Below, in pieces: positions 40,601-54,261 of a DNA stretch of 64,000 nucleotides. The position numbers were made by a program, and so were the translations under genes. The stretch lies in contig NIVC01002070.1 of NCBI GenBank assembly GCA_002269645.1, forward strand, positions 1 to 64,000, in the 5' to 3' direction. Source of the DNA: Macrostomum lignano. Taxonomy: Eukaryota. The stretch's first letter is position 1, and every line of letters begins with the position of its first letter. The notes below the pieces were generated by a model. The model worked only from the letters and a program-made list of their open reading frames with translations, did no database searches and had not been told where the DNA came from.

Positions 40601-43120
40601 CAGAGGCCTGCTACACCCCACACTGTTCTGTCAGAGGCCTGCTACACCCCACTCTGTTCTGTCAGAGGCCTGCTACACCCCACCCTGTTCTGTCAGAGGC
40701 CTGCTACAACACCCCACTCACCCTGTTCTGTCAGAGGCCTGCTACACCCCACCCTGTTCAGTCAGAGGCCTGCTACATCCCACCCTGTTCTGTCAGAGGC
40801 CTGCTACACCCCACCCTGTTCTGTCAGAGGCCTGCTACACCCCACCCTGTTCTGTCAGAGGCCTGCTACAACACCCCACTCACCCTGTTCTGTCAGAGGC
40901 CTGCTACACCCCACCCTGTTCTGTCAGAGGCCTGCTACACCCCACCCTGTTCTGTCAGAGGCCTGCTACAACACCCCACTCACCCTGTTCTGTCAGAGGC
41001 CTGCTACAACACCCCACTCACCCTGTTCTGTCAGAGGCCTGCTACAACAACCCACTCACCCTGTTCTGTCAGAGGCCTGCTACAACACCCCACTCACCCT
41101 GTTCTGTCAGAGGCCTGCTACACCCCACCCTGTTCTGTCAGAGGCCTGCTACACCCCACCCTGTTCTGTCAGAGGCCTGCTACACCCCACCCTGTTCTGT
41201 CAGAGGCCTGCTACACCCCACCCTGTTCTGTCAGAGGCCTGCTACACCCCACCCTGTTCTGTCAGAGGCCTGCTACACCCCACCCTGTTCTGTCAGAGGC
41301 CTGCTACACCCCACCCTGTTCTGTCAGAGGCCTGCTACACCCCAACCTGTTCTGTCAGAGGCCTGCTACACCCCACCCTGTTCTGTCAGAGGCCTGCTAC
41401 ACCCCACCCTGTTCTGTCAGAGGCCTGCTACACCCCACCCTGTTCTGTCAGAGGCCTGCTACACCCACCCTGTTCTGTCAGAGGCCTGCTACACCCACCC
41501 TGTTCTGTCAGAGGGCTAGAAGGGTCAGTCGGACCTACCCAAGCTCACGCAAGCAATGGCACAAGCAACAGTCTCCATTCGGTTCGAAATCTGCGATAAA
41601 AGATTCGGTGAGCCAGCAAATTCTCCGAACTGAGTAAAGCACACAGCGGCTATCAATCTCCCAATTTCTAGCTGACTGGGCCACGCACTTGACCCCCCCT
41701 GTGGCTCCCTACCGCTGCGCCCGAACCCGAAGCATCTGCATGCATGGAATTCCATACGCGCCTATAGATGACGCAATCGATATCTCGGGGAGAGCGCCCC
41801 ACGCTTGGCTGCCGGGTCGTGGGCGGGGTGGGGACGGGAAAATTAAGGGATAAGCGGTGAAGTGTGAACCCGATGCAGCTGTGTGCTAGCGGCCCGCTGA
41901 CCATAACATTACAGAGGCTTTGGTTATTACTATACAGAGATAGCACAGCATATCTCCTTAAATAAACACAGACCACAGCACCTGTTGCGCCGAAGTTTTA
42001 TTTGCATATTAAATAATTTCCTGCTAAATCCTAGGCTGATGGGCCCAATGAGTCACAGACTGAATGAACTGGTTCCTCTTGCGACCTGGTGAAATCTCAG
42101 CAATTCCCAGTCCAAAAAATGCACTTTTGCAGGCTGCCTGGAGCATAGAGCCTATATTCTTTAGATGGGCTACAGAGCGAATATCACAGAGGTGAGGCGC
42201 TTAATTTGGTCTCCTATAGCAGCTTGTCCGATCCCCACTTGTAGTTGAATTAAAACTCCGTCATCTCACCAGTGCCTCGCACAGAGAAAAAACGCCTGTG
42301 TTCCAAAATCACAGCCTCAATAGCTGAGTGGCCCATCTAGAGAATACCGTGATCTACATGTATGGCCTGGAGGCCCGCCCATGACCAACTGACGGCTGAT
42401 AGGAGTACTGGGAGAAACCTGAAACCGAGAAAGCAATGGGAACAGGGGAAGCTGTACTTTCACTGCTCCCAATGATGGCGCAGGCGACTCTGACAGAATC
42501 TAAACTTCATCTTATCTCTGTTTTGTCATGCTCTTGCTTTCGAAATTCGATTTTCTAAAATCTGTGGTGCGGCAGAGCCCCCAGCTTCCCGAGCGCGTCA
42601 TCAATCGTATCTACGAGAAAGATTTCGCCTCCTATGAAAGTCAAAGAGGGGAAGAAACACTTGCTAAACCGGATTAGCCCCGCCTTGCTCTCCTGATCCT
42701 GAAAATCCCATCAAGCACAGCACGACTTCCTTATCGTAATCCCGCTTTTCCCATTCATTCTGGCGGCCTGGCCATTCGTTCTTCCGCTAGAATTTCAGTG
42801 TTTATAGACAGGCATTCTTTGCTGCTGGCCTCTGCTATGCTTTGACCCGCTTTTTCCCTGCTGTCGGATGTGCAGATCATGCTGAGAGGTTTCGCCGCGA
42901 CTTGCGCCGCCAATTTGCGCAGACAGGCTGCCCCCGCGCTCGGGGGATGCGATGGGCGAAAGTTGCACAAGAGTTTATTTCCCCTTTTTATTTATAACAA
43001 AGAAATGGAAAGAAGAGAGCAGGAAAATAATGTCCACAGAATACCAGGTTGTGCAGCCGTTTGTCCGTGGGGAGTTAGAGGGTATTTTTCCAAGTGCTGT
43101 TGGACTGGAGCTAGTTTGGG

Positions 43121-43173
<53 letters not shown>

Positions 43174-43232
43174 AAGACAGACAGACAGACAGACACACAG
43201 ACACACAGACAGACAGACAGACACACAGACAC

Positions 43233-43311
<79 letters not shown>

Positions 43312-43314
43312 CTA

Positions 43315-43363
<49 letters not shown>

Positions 43364-43472
43364 CACAGACGCACAGACAGACAGACAGACAGACAGACAC
43401 ACAGACACACAGACAGACAGACAGACATACATACAGACAGACAGACAGACACACAGACAGACAGACAGACAC

Positions 43473-43561
<89 letters not shown>

Positions 43562-46500
43562 GATAATGCAAAAAATCAGAAACCACATCTAAGAGAGAAG
43601 ATGCCGCGCAATGGTGAGAGACAGAAACAGACACCAGCTGACAGTCGGACTGATTCGCCCAGAGGAAGTGCTGGAGAGCCATAGAGATTCAATTAGCGAA
43701 TCGGCACTCAAACTCCATGAATGCATTTGACTGGCTAATAACTTTATACAGCAGGAAGAAGGCTGGCTGGGGCGCACCGTGAGAATGAAAGATTCATTCA
43801 ACTCCGAAGAATTGGCGAGACCGGAAGAGCGCTAAGGAAGAGGCAGTTGACACCGCGAATGAGCTTGATAACCTGCCCTAAGAATAATAATGGGTAGGTA
43901 AACCTAATTAGTTTAGTAATTAACCTATCCCCTGACTTGTTTATCAACAAAAGCTACAAGTCATCCATATTACAGAACAGGATGCAGCATTTTAACTAAA
44001 CTGTTTGGCAGATGCAATTCGTCACTTTAGTTAGGCTAGCTCTGTGCAGCAGGCTGCTGTTGCCAAGGCAAAGCAGCTACGGCCCTCTGGGATGCTTGTC
44101 GATTTTCTCTAACTGTCTAATCAGCCAAGCGCTTCCTCTGTTGCGTCATTGCAAGGTGGATAGGAAGAGGAAGCACCGACAGTGGGAAGGCGAATCCCTC
44201 AGGTGAATCCAACCCTGCTTGTTTGACTGCGGGATTCTCTCGGGATTCTTTGCTGCCTCGCCTTGCCGTCTCCTGCATCTGTCTGGGACCTCTCCCTGTT
44301 CTTAAACTAACTCTGAGGCTCTGGCTCTCCTTTGCCCTGACCTCTTCCTGACCCCTCTTCCCGTCTCCCTGACTTCTCTCTCTCTCTCACCAACCTCCCT
44401 CTCTTCCTGTCTTCTCTCCCTCACCAATCTCCCTCTCTTCCTGTCCCTGACCTCTCTCCCTCACCAACCTCCCTCTCTTCCTGTCTTCTCTCCCTCACCA
44501 ATCTCCCTCTCTTCCTGTCCCTGACCTCTCTCCCTCACCAACCTCCCTCTCTTCCTGTCTTCTCTCCCTCACCAATCTCCCTCTCTTCCTGTCCCTGACC
44601 TCTCTCCCTCACCAATCTCCCTCTCTTCCTGTCCCTGACCTCTCTCCCTCACCAATCTCCCTCTCTTCCTGTCCCTGACTTCTCTCCCTCACCAATTTCC
44701 CTCTCTTCCTGTCCCTGACCTCTCTCCCTCACCAATTTCCCTCTCTTCCTGTCCCTGACCTCTCTCCGCACACCAACCTCCCTCTCTTCCTGTCTCCCTG
44801 ACCTCTCTCCCTCACCAATCTCCCTCTCTTCCTGTCTCCCTGACCTCTCTCCCTCACCAACCTCCCTCTCTTCCTGTCTCCCTGACCTCTCTCCCTGACC
44901 AACCTCCCTCTCTTCCTGACCCATCTCTGTCTTCCCCGACCTTTCTCACCTCTGTCTCGCTCTCCTCTTCCTGTCTCTTCCTTTTCTATTCAATACCACC
45001 ACCTATAAAAATGGTCCAATTTTGCTACTACAGGCAGCTGGTGACCATTAAATCATGGTTTTAGACTACCCGCCACGCTGCAGTTTTGCGTCAACAGAAA
45101 TCAATGGAATTTCGCATACGCATTAGAGCTCTGATTTCGCATTATTTGCTTCGCTCGCCATCCAATACACCATTAGCAAATTCCATTTCTCTTCAACTTC
45201 AGTCTTCGATGTGCTTTTCTCTCTCTAAACTAAATACTTCATCAGCTCCTTTGCCAACTCTCTCTGTCCTACCTACCGCTCGAGCCCAATTACTTCCACT
45301 CAGTTGCTATGGAAACCAATATAGAGATTTTCAAGGCGAACTGAGGTACTGAGAGATACGGACGGGCAGACCAGGTGAGAGGGCCGGCACTTGCACCTAC
45401 ACTGCTACACAGCATTTGAGTGCACTATAGGTAAGCTGACGAACAGAACCTGGCCGCTCTCGGCTCCTTTCGTCAACAAATAGCCTTAAAGCACTTTGCT
45501 TGGCTAGTGTGAGCAACCAACTGCACTTGCCGTTGTAGACAGAAAGACTCAAACCTGCTCTACCCTCTGTGCTGGGTCTTGGGCGTTTCATACACTTTGT
45601 GACGCACTTTACAGCCCTCTCGCATCCTCTCTCTACATGCTCTCTAGAAGCATCTCATTTTTCCTTCACCCTTCTCTACACCATCTCTACACACTACAAC
45701 CTATCTGAACCCTCAGATACATTTCTATAACCCTCTACAGAGCACTCTCATACTATACACCCTCTCTATACCCCATACACCCTCTCTATACCCCACACAC
45801 CCTCTTTATACCCCACACACCCTCTCTATACCCCATACACCCTCTCTATATCCCCATATACACTCTCTATACCCCATACACCCTCTCAATACCCCACACA
45901 TCCTCTCTATACCCCATACACCCTCTCTATTACCCCATACACCCTCTCTATACCCCACACGCACACATGCACCCTCTCTACCCACTATCTACAAACTACA
46001 ACCCTTTATTTACCATCCTGTCTGTCTACACCCTCTACACCTCGCTCGACACCCTCTCACTAAACTAATCCGAAAAATAGCAATAACTAACGAAACTAAA
46101 ACAATTCCGTGGTGCCTAATAACCGCGGAACCAGTTAGTTAACACGCACTGGCAAATAGATGCATTTGCAAGCGCCGAGAAGCAGCAGTCGATCCTAGCT
46201 AGCTACTAAGCTAGAGAAAGAATGTCGCAGTTAGCGAGCCCCATGCAGCTAACAATTATGAAGTATACTGAACCGTTACAGTCAAGCCAGTGATTGCCAT
46301 TCCTGAGCAATTTCGCCAACAGGAAATATTTATCCGCGCTAGGCACACGCGAGGGCAAAAACTCTGATGACTCACTCTCGCAGAAAAACTCATTGCGGTA
46401 AACTTTATAGTTAGTAACGAGTAGTTCTCATTCCCAATCAAGCACAGTGCAGTACAAATGCAAACAGTAAGATCTGCTTGTAGGATCAAAATGCACGTTT

Positions 46501-49229
46501 TTTCAAACTGCCCGTGTCTACTGAGTGAGTTGGGTTTGGGTACCTCTACTATATAGTCTCTCAGAGAGAAATCCCTTTAACTCCTTCAACTGGGCGGCCC
46601 GTTGTTTAGGGCAAGAGTTGGAAAAGGAAAGTGAGGTAAAAAAATGTTGATCTTCTTTCAGTGTGTCTGCTCCACTCTTCCTAGTGAGTTCCTAGTGAGT
46701 TCCGAATCTGCGGTTTGAATGGGCGAGAGGGGAGGTCAGGGCAGTGTGCACACATTCCGACCGACACCTGTTGCACAGCATGTGCTCTGAATGAGCTGAA
46801 AATTTTGTGTGAGTGTGAAGGTTTGTTACGTGACGGCCTGGGGGTCATGGAGGGACTGAGGAGAGCGAAGGGAAATGAGGAACAGAGTGAAGGGGATAAA
46901 GGACAGGGTGAAGGGGATAAGGGACAGGGTGAAGGGGATAAGGGACAGGGCGAAGGGCATAGAAGACAGGGCGAAGGGGATAGAAGACAGGGCGAAGGGG
47001 ATAAGGGACAGGGTGAAGGAGATAGGAGTCAGGGCAAAGGGGATAGAAGAGAGGGCGAAGGGGATAGGAGACAGGGCGAAGGGGATAGAAGACAGGGCGA
47101 AGGGGATAGGAGACAGGGCGAAGGGGATAAGGGACAGGGTGAAGGAGATAGGAGTCAGGGCGAAGGGGATAGAAGACAGGGCGAAGGGGATAAGGGACAG
47201 GGTGAAGGAGATAGGAGTCAGGGCGAAGGGATAGAAGACAGGGCGAAGGGGATAAGGGCAGGGTGAAGGAGATAGGAGTCAGGGCGAAGGGGATAGAAGA
47301 CAGGGCGAAGGGGACAGGAGACAGGGCGAAGGGGATAGAAGACAGGGCGAAGGGGATAGAAGACAGGGCGAAGGGGATAGAAGACAGGGCGAAGGGGATA
47401 GAAGACAGGGCGAAGGGGATAGGAGACAGGGCGAAGGGGATAGAAGACAGGGCGAAGGGGATAGGAGACAGGGCGAAGGGGATAGGAGACAGGGCGAAGG
47501 GGATAAAGGACAGGGTGAAGGGGATAGGAGTCAGGGCGAAGGGGATAGGAGACAGGGCGAAGGGGAAAGAAGACAGGGCGAAGGGGATAAGGGACAGGGT
47601 GAAGGAGATAGGAGTCAGGGCGAAGGGGATAGAAGACAGGGCGAAGGGGATAAGGGACAGGGTGAAGGAGATAGGAGTCAGGGCGAAGGGGATAGAAGAC
47701 AGGGCGAAGGGGACAGGAGACAGGGCGAAGGGGATAGAAGACAGGGCGAAGGTGATAGAAGACAGGGCGAAGGGGATAGAAGACAGGGTGAAGGGGATAG
47801 AAGACAGGGCGAAGGGGATAGAAGACAGGGTGAAGGGGATAAGGGACAGGGTGAAGAGGATAGGAGTCAGGGCGAAGGGGATAGAAGACAGGGTGAAGGG
47901 GATAGAAGACAGGGTGAAGGGGATAAGGGACAGGGTGAAGAGGATAGGAGTCAGGGCGAAGGGGATAGAAGACAGGGTGAAGGGGATAAGGGACAGGGTG
48001 AAGAGGATAGGAGTCAGGGCGAAGGGGATAGAAGACAGGGTGAAGGGGATAAGGGACAGGGTGAAGGGAATGAGGGACAGGGTGAAAGGAGATTAGGAAA
48101 TGGCCATGGCAGGTGCGAATAGATAATAGAGGGAAAGGCGAAAAAAGCAGAGCAGGGCAGACAGACAGGCACTCAGATGGTCGAGTTGGCATTTCTCACT
48201 CTACACTCAATGAAAGGAGATTTATAGGGAACTGCATGGGAATTAATCTCGCTGATTCGGCAGTACCAATGCCATAAAATACCGGAAGAGTCCAACAATC
48301 AGGCAATCAATCAATCAGCCAAACCGGACTCGTTAGCTCACCAGCAGCGGGCGGCCGTCCAGGTCGCACCTGGCGATCACGCAGCCTTTCTTCGCCCCGG
48401 CGCCGTCCTGGCCAGGCCTGGTCACGCAAGCGCTGATGTAGAGGCGGTCGCCGCGCACCTTCAAGTCGGCGATGGTCCCTAGCCGAGCCCCGTTGCGCAG
48501 CGGCCCGATCTCGATGACGCGGCAGTCGCGGGTGGAGCGGATCGGGGTGCCGATGGCGGCAGACGACTGCTGCTGCGACACCTGCAGCTGCAGCCGCAAG
48601 ATGCTGGGCGAATCGGCGAATGCCAGGAAGACGAAGCCGCCAACGGCCGAGACGGCCACGTGGGCGAGATCTCGCTCGGCCAACTCGCGCAGCCGGGGGT
48701 CCTCCGGCTCCGCAGCCTCCGACTGGTCGATCGGAGCATCCTGGGAGCAGCAGAGGCTCGCCAAGTCGAGCAGCTTGACAAGGCGGGGACCGCAGCCGAT
48801 GGAGACACTGGGAGCTGGGTCTGGCTCACCGCCATCGTTCTCCGGGTGCGATTCCAGCAGGGGCCGCCGGTCCTGCCGGTGCTGCTGCTGCTGGGCGGAG
48901 TCCCCGTTGACCGGGATGTAGGCGCTCATGATGTCGCTCAGCCGTTTCAAACTCTGCCGACCGCGGGTCCGGCGATGCCGCACTGCCGCTACGGCTACTT
49001 CCTCTCCGTCGCCGCCGTCCGCCTCTGCAGGTGCAGCACCTGACGCGGATGTGGCGGCGGTATTTCCGCCTAGCCTGATCGTCTGCTGCTCAACAGGTGA
49101 CAGCAGCTCCGTGTTATTGGCACCGGCCGGATTAGAGGCCTCAGCTTCTGCTGGGCTATCCATCGGCTGCCGGTGCTGCTGCTGTTGAATGAGAAGTGGA
49201 GTCAGTTTCGGCTTCCCTTCGGACGGCAT
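37674..49229 (-). CDS. Uncharacterised ~520-aa protein: disordered N-terminus plus probable beta-propeller (NHL/TolB-like) region; at least 3 exons
   Basis: Exons 49229-48342 (donor GTGAGC), 39328-39014 (GC donor), 38033-37674, all phase 0, 1563 nt. Short beta-strand-like blocks ([36 protein letters not shown]) separated by Gln/Gly-rich loops. Gene structure is better supported than the fold call. Confidence 0.65.
38061..39003. repeat. 14-bp satellite (GATCCTAGATCCCA)n filling a GC-AG intron
   Basis: Near-perfect alternation of AGATCCT and AGATCCC heptamers. Confidence 0.97.
40345..41516. repeat. 31-bp minisatellite
   Basis: CTGTTCTGTCAGAGGCCTGCTACACCCCACC with longer ACAACACCCCACTCA variants; source of three 400-aa repetitive ORFs. 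Confidence 0.96.
42155..42346. mobile_element. Candidate MITE with 19-bp imperfect terminal inverted repeats
   Basis: TATTCTTTAGATGGGCTAC (42155-42173) versus reverse complement of 42328-42346, TATTCTCTAGATGGGCCAC (17/19 match); non-coding interior; no clear TSD. Confidence 0.4.
43120..43562. repeat. (GACA)n microsatellite with CACA interruptions
   Basis: Directly visible. Confidence 0.96.
44335..44925. repeat. ~40-bp pyrimidine-rich minisatellite
   Basis: CTCTCTCCCTCACCAATCTCCCTCTCTTCCTGTCCCTGAC variants. Confidence 0.92.
45762..45965. repeat. 20-bp tandem repeat
   Basis: ATACCCCATACACCCTCTCT. Confidence 0.88.
46885..48095. repeat. 21-bp purine-rich minisatellite
   Basis: GACAGGG(C/T)GAAGGGGATA(G/A)(A/G)A variants; source of GEGDRRQ / RAKGIED ORFs. 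Confidence 0.95.
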
Positions 49230-50654
49230 TTCTCTGCTTAATATTGGCCTTTGTTTTCTTTGTTTGAGAGTTATTACTTTGTAGAACACGAGAGATCCGC
49301 CTGGGTTTATGGTTTTGGGCGTTTGGCCCTCGTTTTTATTCCTAAAAAATAAATGCGAGAGAACCCTATCTATCCTCGCGTCCTCACCACTCCCCCACCC
49401 CCAATTCCAATTTGGTTGGCCAGCCTGGGGGCGGGCCTCCCACCACCCCATTTCCATTCACACCCAATTATCTGTCTGACTGAACGCTCAACCCCCCACA
49501 CCTTACCCCCTCACACCAACCCCTGAATGTAGGGCAATGTACATTGTCGTTTTTTTGATTGACTCTCTGGCCAGACCAAGAGAAAAGCTCTTTTCCTTTG
49601 GACGAAAAAGTCCAAAAACCTTCCCATTTCATAAACCTTTCTTAACTTTGCGACGGGCTTGTGGAAGTCGCAAGGATGAGCTTCCATCAAGCCCAGCCCC
49701 AACCAACCAATGAATCCGCCAATTTTTCCCCTTGGACTTCAAAGTAAAGGCCGAAACTTTTAAATTGAGGAGGAAGAAAAGAAGATTCGTTTTTTGTCAA
49801 GCGAAGAAGTGAAGCACGCGACGCCAATCAAGCGCTTTTTCAGTTGTTTATAAAAAGTAAAATAAATTAGAAGTAGCTTTTTACATTTTCCTTCGGAAGT
49901 TGAGACTTAAAGCTTCACCGTACATTATTTAGCTAGCTCCCGCCTCCCTATATAAGCTCAGTTCCCTAAAGCTGCTTTGTTAATATAAGATTTCATTAAT
50001 TCCCCAGAAAGCTATCTTTTTAAATCGAAGAGATCCTGAAGTCATGAAGTGTCTTACAAGTTTTTAACCAACACGATAGACTCACTCGTAATCCATCATC
50101 ATCATCTCGCGATTTATGCGTCTCAGAATTCGACCCCTAACTTTGTGCGCCGTAATCCCCATGAGACGGCCGTAAGAAGTCTCAAACTCGGCAGCTTAAC
50201 ACCAAATATTCTGAGCTGAGTGGTCTCCCTAGCCCCTACTACCATTGTCCGTGCTACAGCGATTACGCAATCATCCCGCAAAATCAGGTGGGCATTGCTC
50301 AGCAATGCAGGAAATTGAAAACCAAAGTTTAAGGCATGTTTTTTCTTCAGCCACTAACCTGGCATTTACCTGCGGGGCATTTCTGTTGATACCAGTCTCT
50401 TATTAGGAATCATTTATATTATGCTTAAAAGTATACTTCCGAATTCTTACGCGGCTTTATGCGCAATTCTCTATATTGTGCCTTGGCTCCGTACACAAAA
50501 CTAATTAATAAGTTTCTATGCAGTAGCGACTTGTCTCACTGTTACCGACACAAGCCAGCGGTGTTCCTGCCTTCAAAGGAACCCGATACTGTATAAATAT
50601 GGTGCTGCAGGTGCTGGGGTGCCACGGTTTTCATGGGGCGGGCCGGCCAGTTCA

Positions 50655-51495
50655 TTTGAAAGAGATGCCATTTTATTTGAGGGAGATGCCATTTTTTGAG
50701 GGATATGCCATTTTATTTGAGGGAGATGCCATTTTATTTTAGGGAGATGCCATTTTATTTGAGGGAAATGCCATTTTATTTGAGGAGATGCCATTTTATT
50801 TGAGGGAGATGCCATTTTTTGAGGGATATGCCATTTTATTTGAGGGAGATGCCATTTTATTTTAGGGAGATGCCATTTTATTTGAGGAGATGCCATTTTA
50901 TTTGAGGAGATGCCATTTTATTTGAGGGAGATGCCATTTTTTGAGGGATATGCCATTTTATTTGAGGGAGATGCCATTTTATTTTAGGGAGATGCCATTT
51001 TATTTGAGGAGATGCCATTTTATTTGAGGAGATGCCATTTTATTTTAGGGAGATGCCATTTTTTTCGGGAGATGCCATTTTATTTTAGGGAGATGCCATT
51101 TTATTTTTAGGGAGATGCCATTTTATTTGAGGGAGATGCCATTTTATTTGAGGGAGATGCCATTTTATTTGAGGGAGATGCCATTTTATTTGAGGGAGAT
51201 GCCATTTTATTTGAGGGAGATGCCATTTTATTTGAGGGAGATGCCTTTTGTTTGAGGGAGATGCCATTTTATTTGAGGGAGATGCCATTTTATTTGAGGG
51301 AGATGCCATTTTATTTGAGGGAGATGCCATTTTATTTGAGGGAGATGCCATTTTATTTGAGGGAGATGCCTTTTGTTTGAGGGAGATGCCATTTTATGAC
51401 AGAAATGCCATTTTATGACGGAAACACCATTTTATGACGGAAACACCATTTTATGACGGAAACACCATTTTATGACTGAAACGCCATTTTTTATG
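50655..51495. repeat. 20-21-bp minisatellite grading into a related 19-bp unit
   Basis: GAGGGAGATGCCATTTTATTT, then GACGGAAACACCATTTTAT from ~51415. Confidence 0.94.
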
Positions 51496-51799
51496 ACATA
51501 AACACAAAGCAAGTGCATGGTTTTTGGCTTACTAAATTCAAGGATTTGGTTTATACAGTTTTTGCGCTGAGTGAAGTTGCATTCATAATTGCTTTGTGAG
51601 TTGTAATTATTGTTATAATAAGCATTTGTACTTGTATAAAATATATAAGCTTGTAGCATTGTAAAACTATTACACTTATTTTTATAGCCCTTTACAAAGC
51701 TTCAACCCTTCAGCTGTTGTCACAGCTACAGCGGCTAGAACTTTTGCCAAGTTGTTTTTTCCATTTCAAATTCTGTACATTGCTATAAAAATGCGAAAA

Positions 51800-54260
51800 G
51801 TATCTCATACTCTATAACCTTGTCGATCTCATACTCTATAACCTTGTCGATCTCATACTCTATAACCTTGTCGATCTCATACTCTATAACCTTGTCGATC
51901 TCATACTCTATAACCTTGTCGATCTCATACTCTATAACCTTGTCGATCTCATACTCTATAACCTTGTCGATCTCATACTCTATAACCTTGTCGATCTCAT
52001 ACTCTATAACCTTGTCGATCTCATACTCTATAACCTTGTCGATCTCATACTCTATAACCTTGTCGATCTCATACTCTATAACCTTGTCGATCTCATACTC
52101 TAACCTTGTCGATCTCATACTCTATAACCTTGTTGATCTCATACTCTATAACCTTGTTGATCTCATACTCTATAACCTTGTCGATCTCATACTCTATAAC
52201 CTTGTCGATCTCATACTCTATAACCTTGTCGATCTCATACTCTAACCTTGTCGATCTCATACTCTAACCTTGTCGATCTCATACTCTATAACCTTGTCGA
52301 TCTCATACTCTATAACCTTGTCGATCTCATACTCTATAACCTTGTCGATCTCATACTCTATAACCTTGTTGATCTCATACTCTATAACCTTGTCGATCTC
52401 ATACTCTATAACCTTGTCGATCTCATACTCTATAACCTTGTCGATCTCATACTCTATAACCTTGTCGATCTCATACTCTAACCTTGTCGATCTCATACTC
52501 TATAACCTTGTTGATCTCATACTCTATAACCTTGTCGATCTCATACTCTATAACCTTGTCGATCTCATACTCTAACCTTGTCGATCTCATACTCTATAAC
52601 CTTGTCGATCTCATACTCTCTAACCTTGTCGATCTCATACTCTATAACCTTGTCGATCTCATACTCTATAACCTTGTCGATCTCATACTCTCTAACCTTG
52701 TCGATCTCATACTCTATAACCTTGTCGATCTCATACTCTATAACCTTGTCGATCTCATACTCTATAACCTTGTTGATCTCATACTCTATAACCTTGTCGA
52801 TCTCATACTCTCTAACCTTGTCGATCTCATACTCTATAACCTTGTCGATCTCATACTCTATAACCTTGTTGATCTCATACTCTATAACCTTGTCGATCTC
52901 ATACTCTATAACCTTGTCGATCTCATACTCTATAACCTTGTCGATCTCATACTCTCTAACCTTGTCGATCTCATACTCTATAACCTTGTCGATCTCATAC
53001 TCTATAACCTTGTCGATCTCATACTCTATAACCTTGTCGATCTCATACTCTCTAACCTTGTCGATCTCATACTCTATAACCTTGTCGATCTCATACTCTC
53101 TAACCTTGTCGATCTCATACTCTATAACCTTGTCGATCTCATACTCTATAACCTTGTCGATCTCATACTCTATAACCTTGTCGATCTCATACTCTATAAC
53201 CTTGTCGATCTCATACTCTATAACCTTGTCGATCTCATACTCTATAACCTTGTCGATCTCATACTCTATAACCTTGTCGATCTCATACTCTATAACCTTG
53301 TCGATCTCATACTCTATAACCTTGTCGATCTCATACTCTCTAACCTTGTCGATCTCATACTCTATAACCTTGTCGATCTCATACTCTATAACCTTGTCGA
53401 TCTCATACTCTATAACCTTGTCGATCTCATACTCTATAACCTTGTCGATCTCATACTCTATAACCTTGTCGATCTCATACTCTATAACCTTGTCGATCTC
53501 ATACTCTCTAACCTTGTCGATCTCATACTCTATAACCTTGTCGATCTCATACTCTATAACCTTGTCGATCTCATACTCTATAACCTTGTTGATCTCATAC
53601 TCTATAACCTTGTCGATCTCATACTCTATAACCTTGTCGATCTCATACTCTATAACCTTGTCGATCTCATACTCTATAACCTTGTCGATCTCATACTCTA
53701 TAACCTTGTCGATCTCATACTCTATAACCTTGTCGATCTCATACTCTATAACCTTGTCGATCTCATACTCTATAACCTTGTCGATCTCATACTCTATAAC
53801 CTTGTCGATCTCATACTCTATAACCTTGTCGATCTCATACTCTCTAACCTTGTCGATCTCATACTCTATAACCTTGTCGATCTCATACTCTATAACCTTG
53901 TCGATCTCATACTCTATAACCTTGTCGATCTCATACTCTATAACCTTGTCGATCTCATACTCTATAACCTTGTCGATCTCATACTCTATAACCTTGTCGA
54001 TCTCATACTCTATAACCTTGTCGATCTCATACTCTATAACCTTGTCGATCTCATACTCTCTAACCTTGTCGATCTCATACTCTCTAACCTTGTCGATCTC
54101 ATACTCTCTAACCTTGTCGATCTCATACTCTATAACCTTGTCGATCTCATACTCTCTAACCTTGTCGATCTCATACTCTATAACCTTGTCGATCTCATAC
54201 TCTATAACCTTGTCGATCTCATACTCTATAACCTTGTCGATCTCATACTCTATAACCTTG
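51800..54260. repeat. 24-bp satellite, ~100 copies
   Basis: GATCTCATACTCTATAACCTTGTC with CTCTCT and 22-bp deletion variants; stop-free in several frames. Confidence 0.98.
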
Positions 54261-54261
54261 G

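Noticed and set aside
40272-41637. Three overlapping 400-435-aa Cys/His-rich ORFs
   Set aside because: All three frames of a 31-bp minisatellite inside an intron.
46715-48192. GEGDRRQ, RAKGIED and YPLRPV repeat ORFs
   Set aside because: Products of a 21-bp intronic minisatellite.
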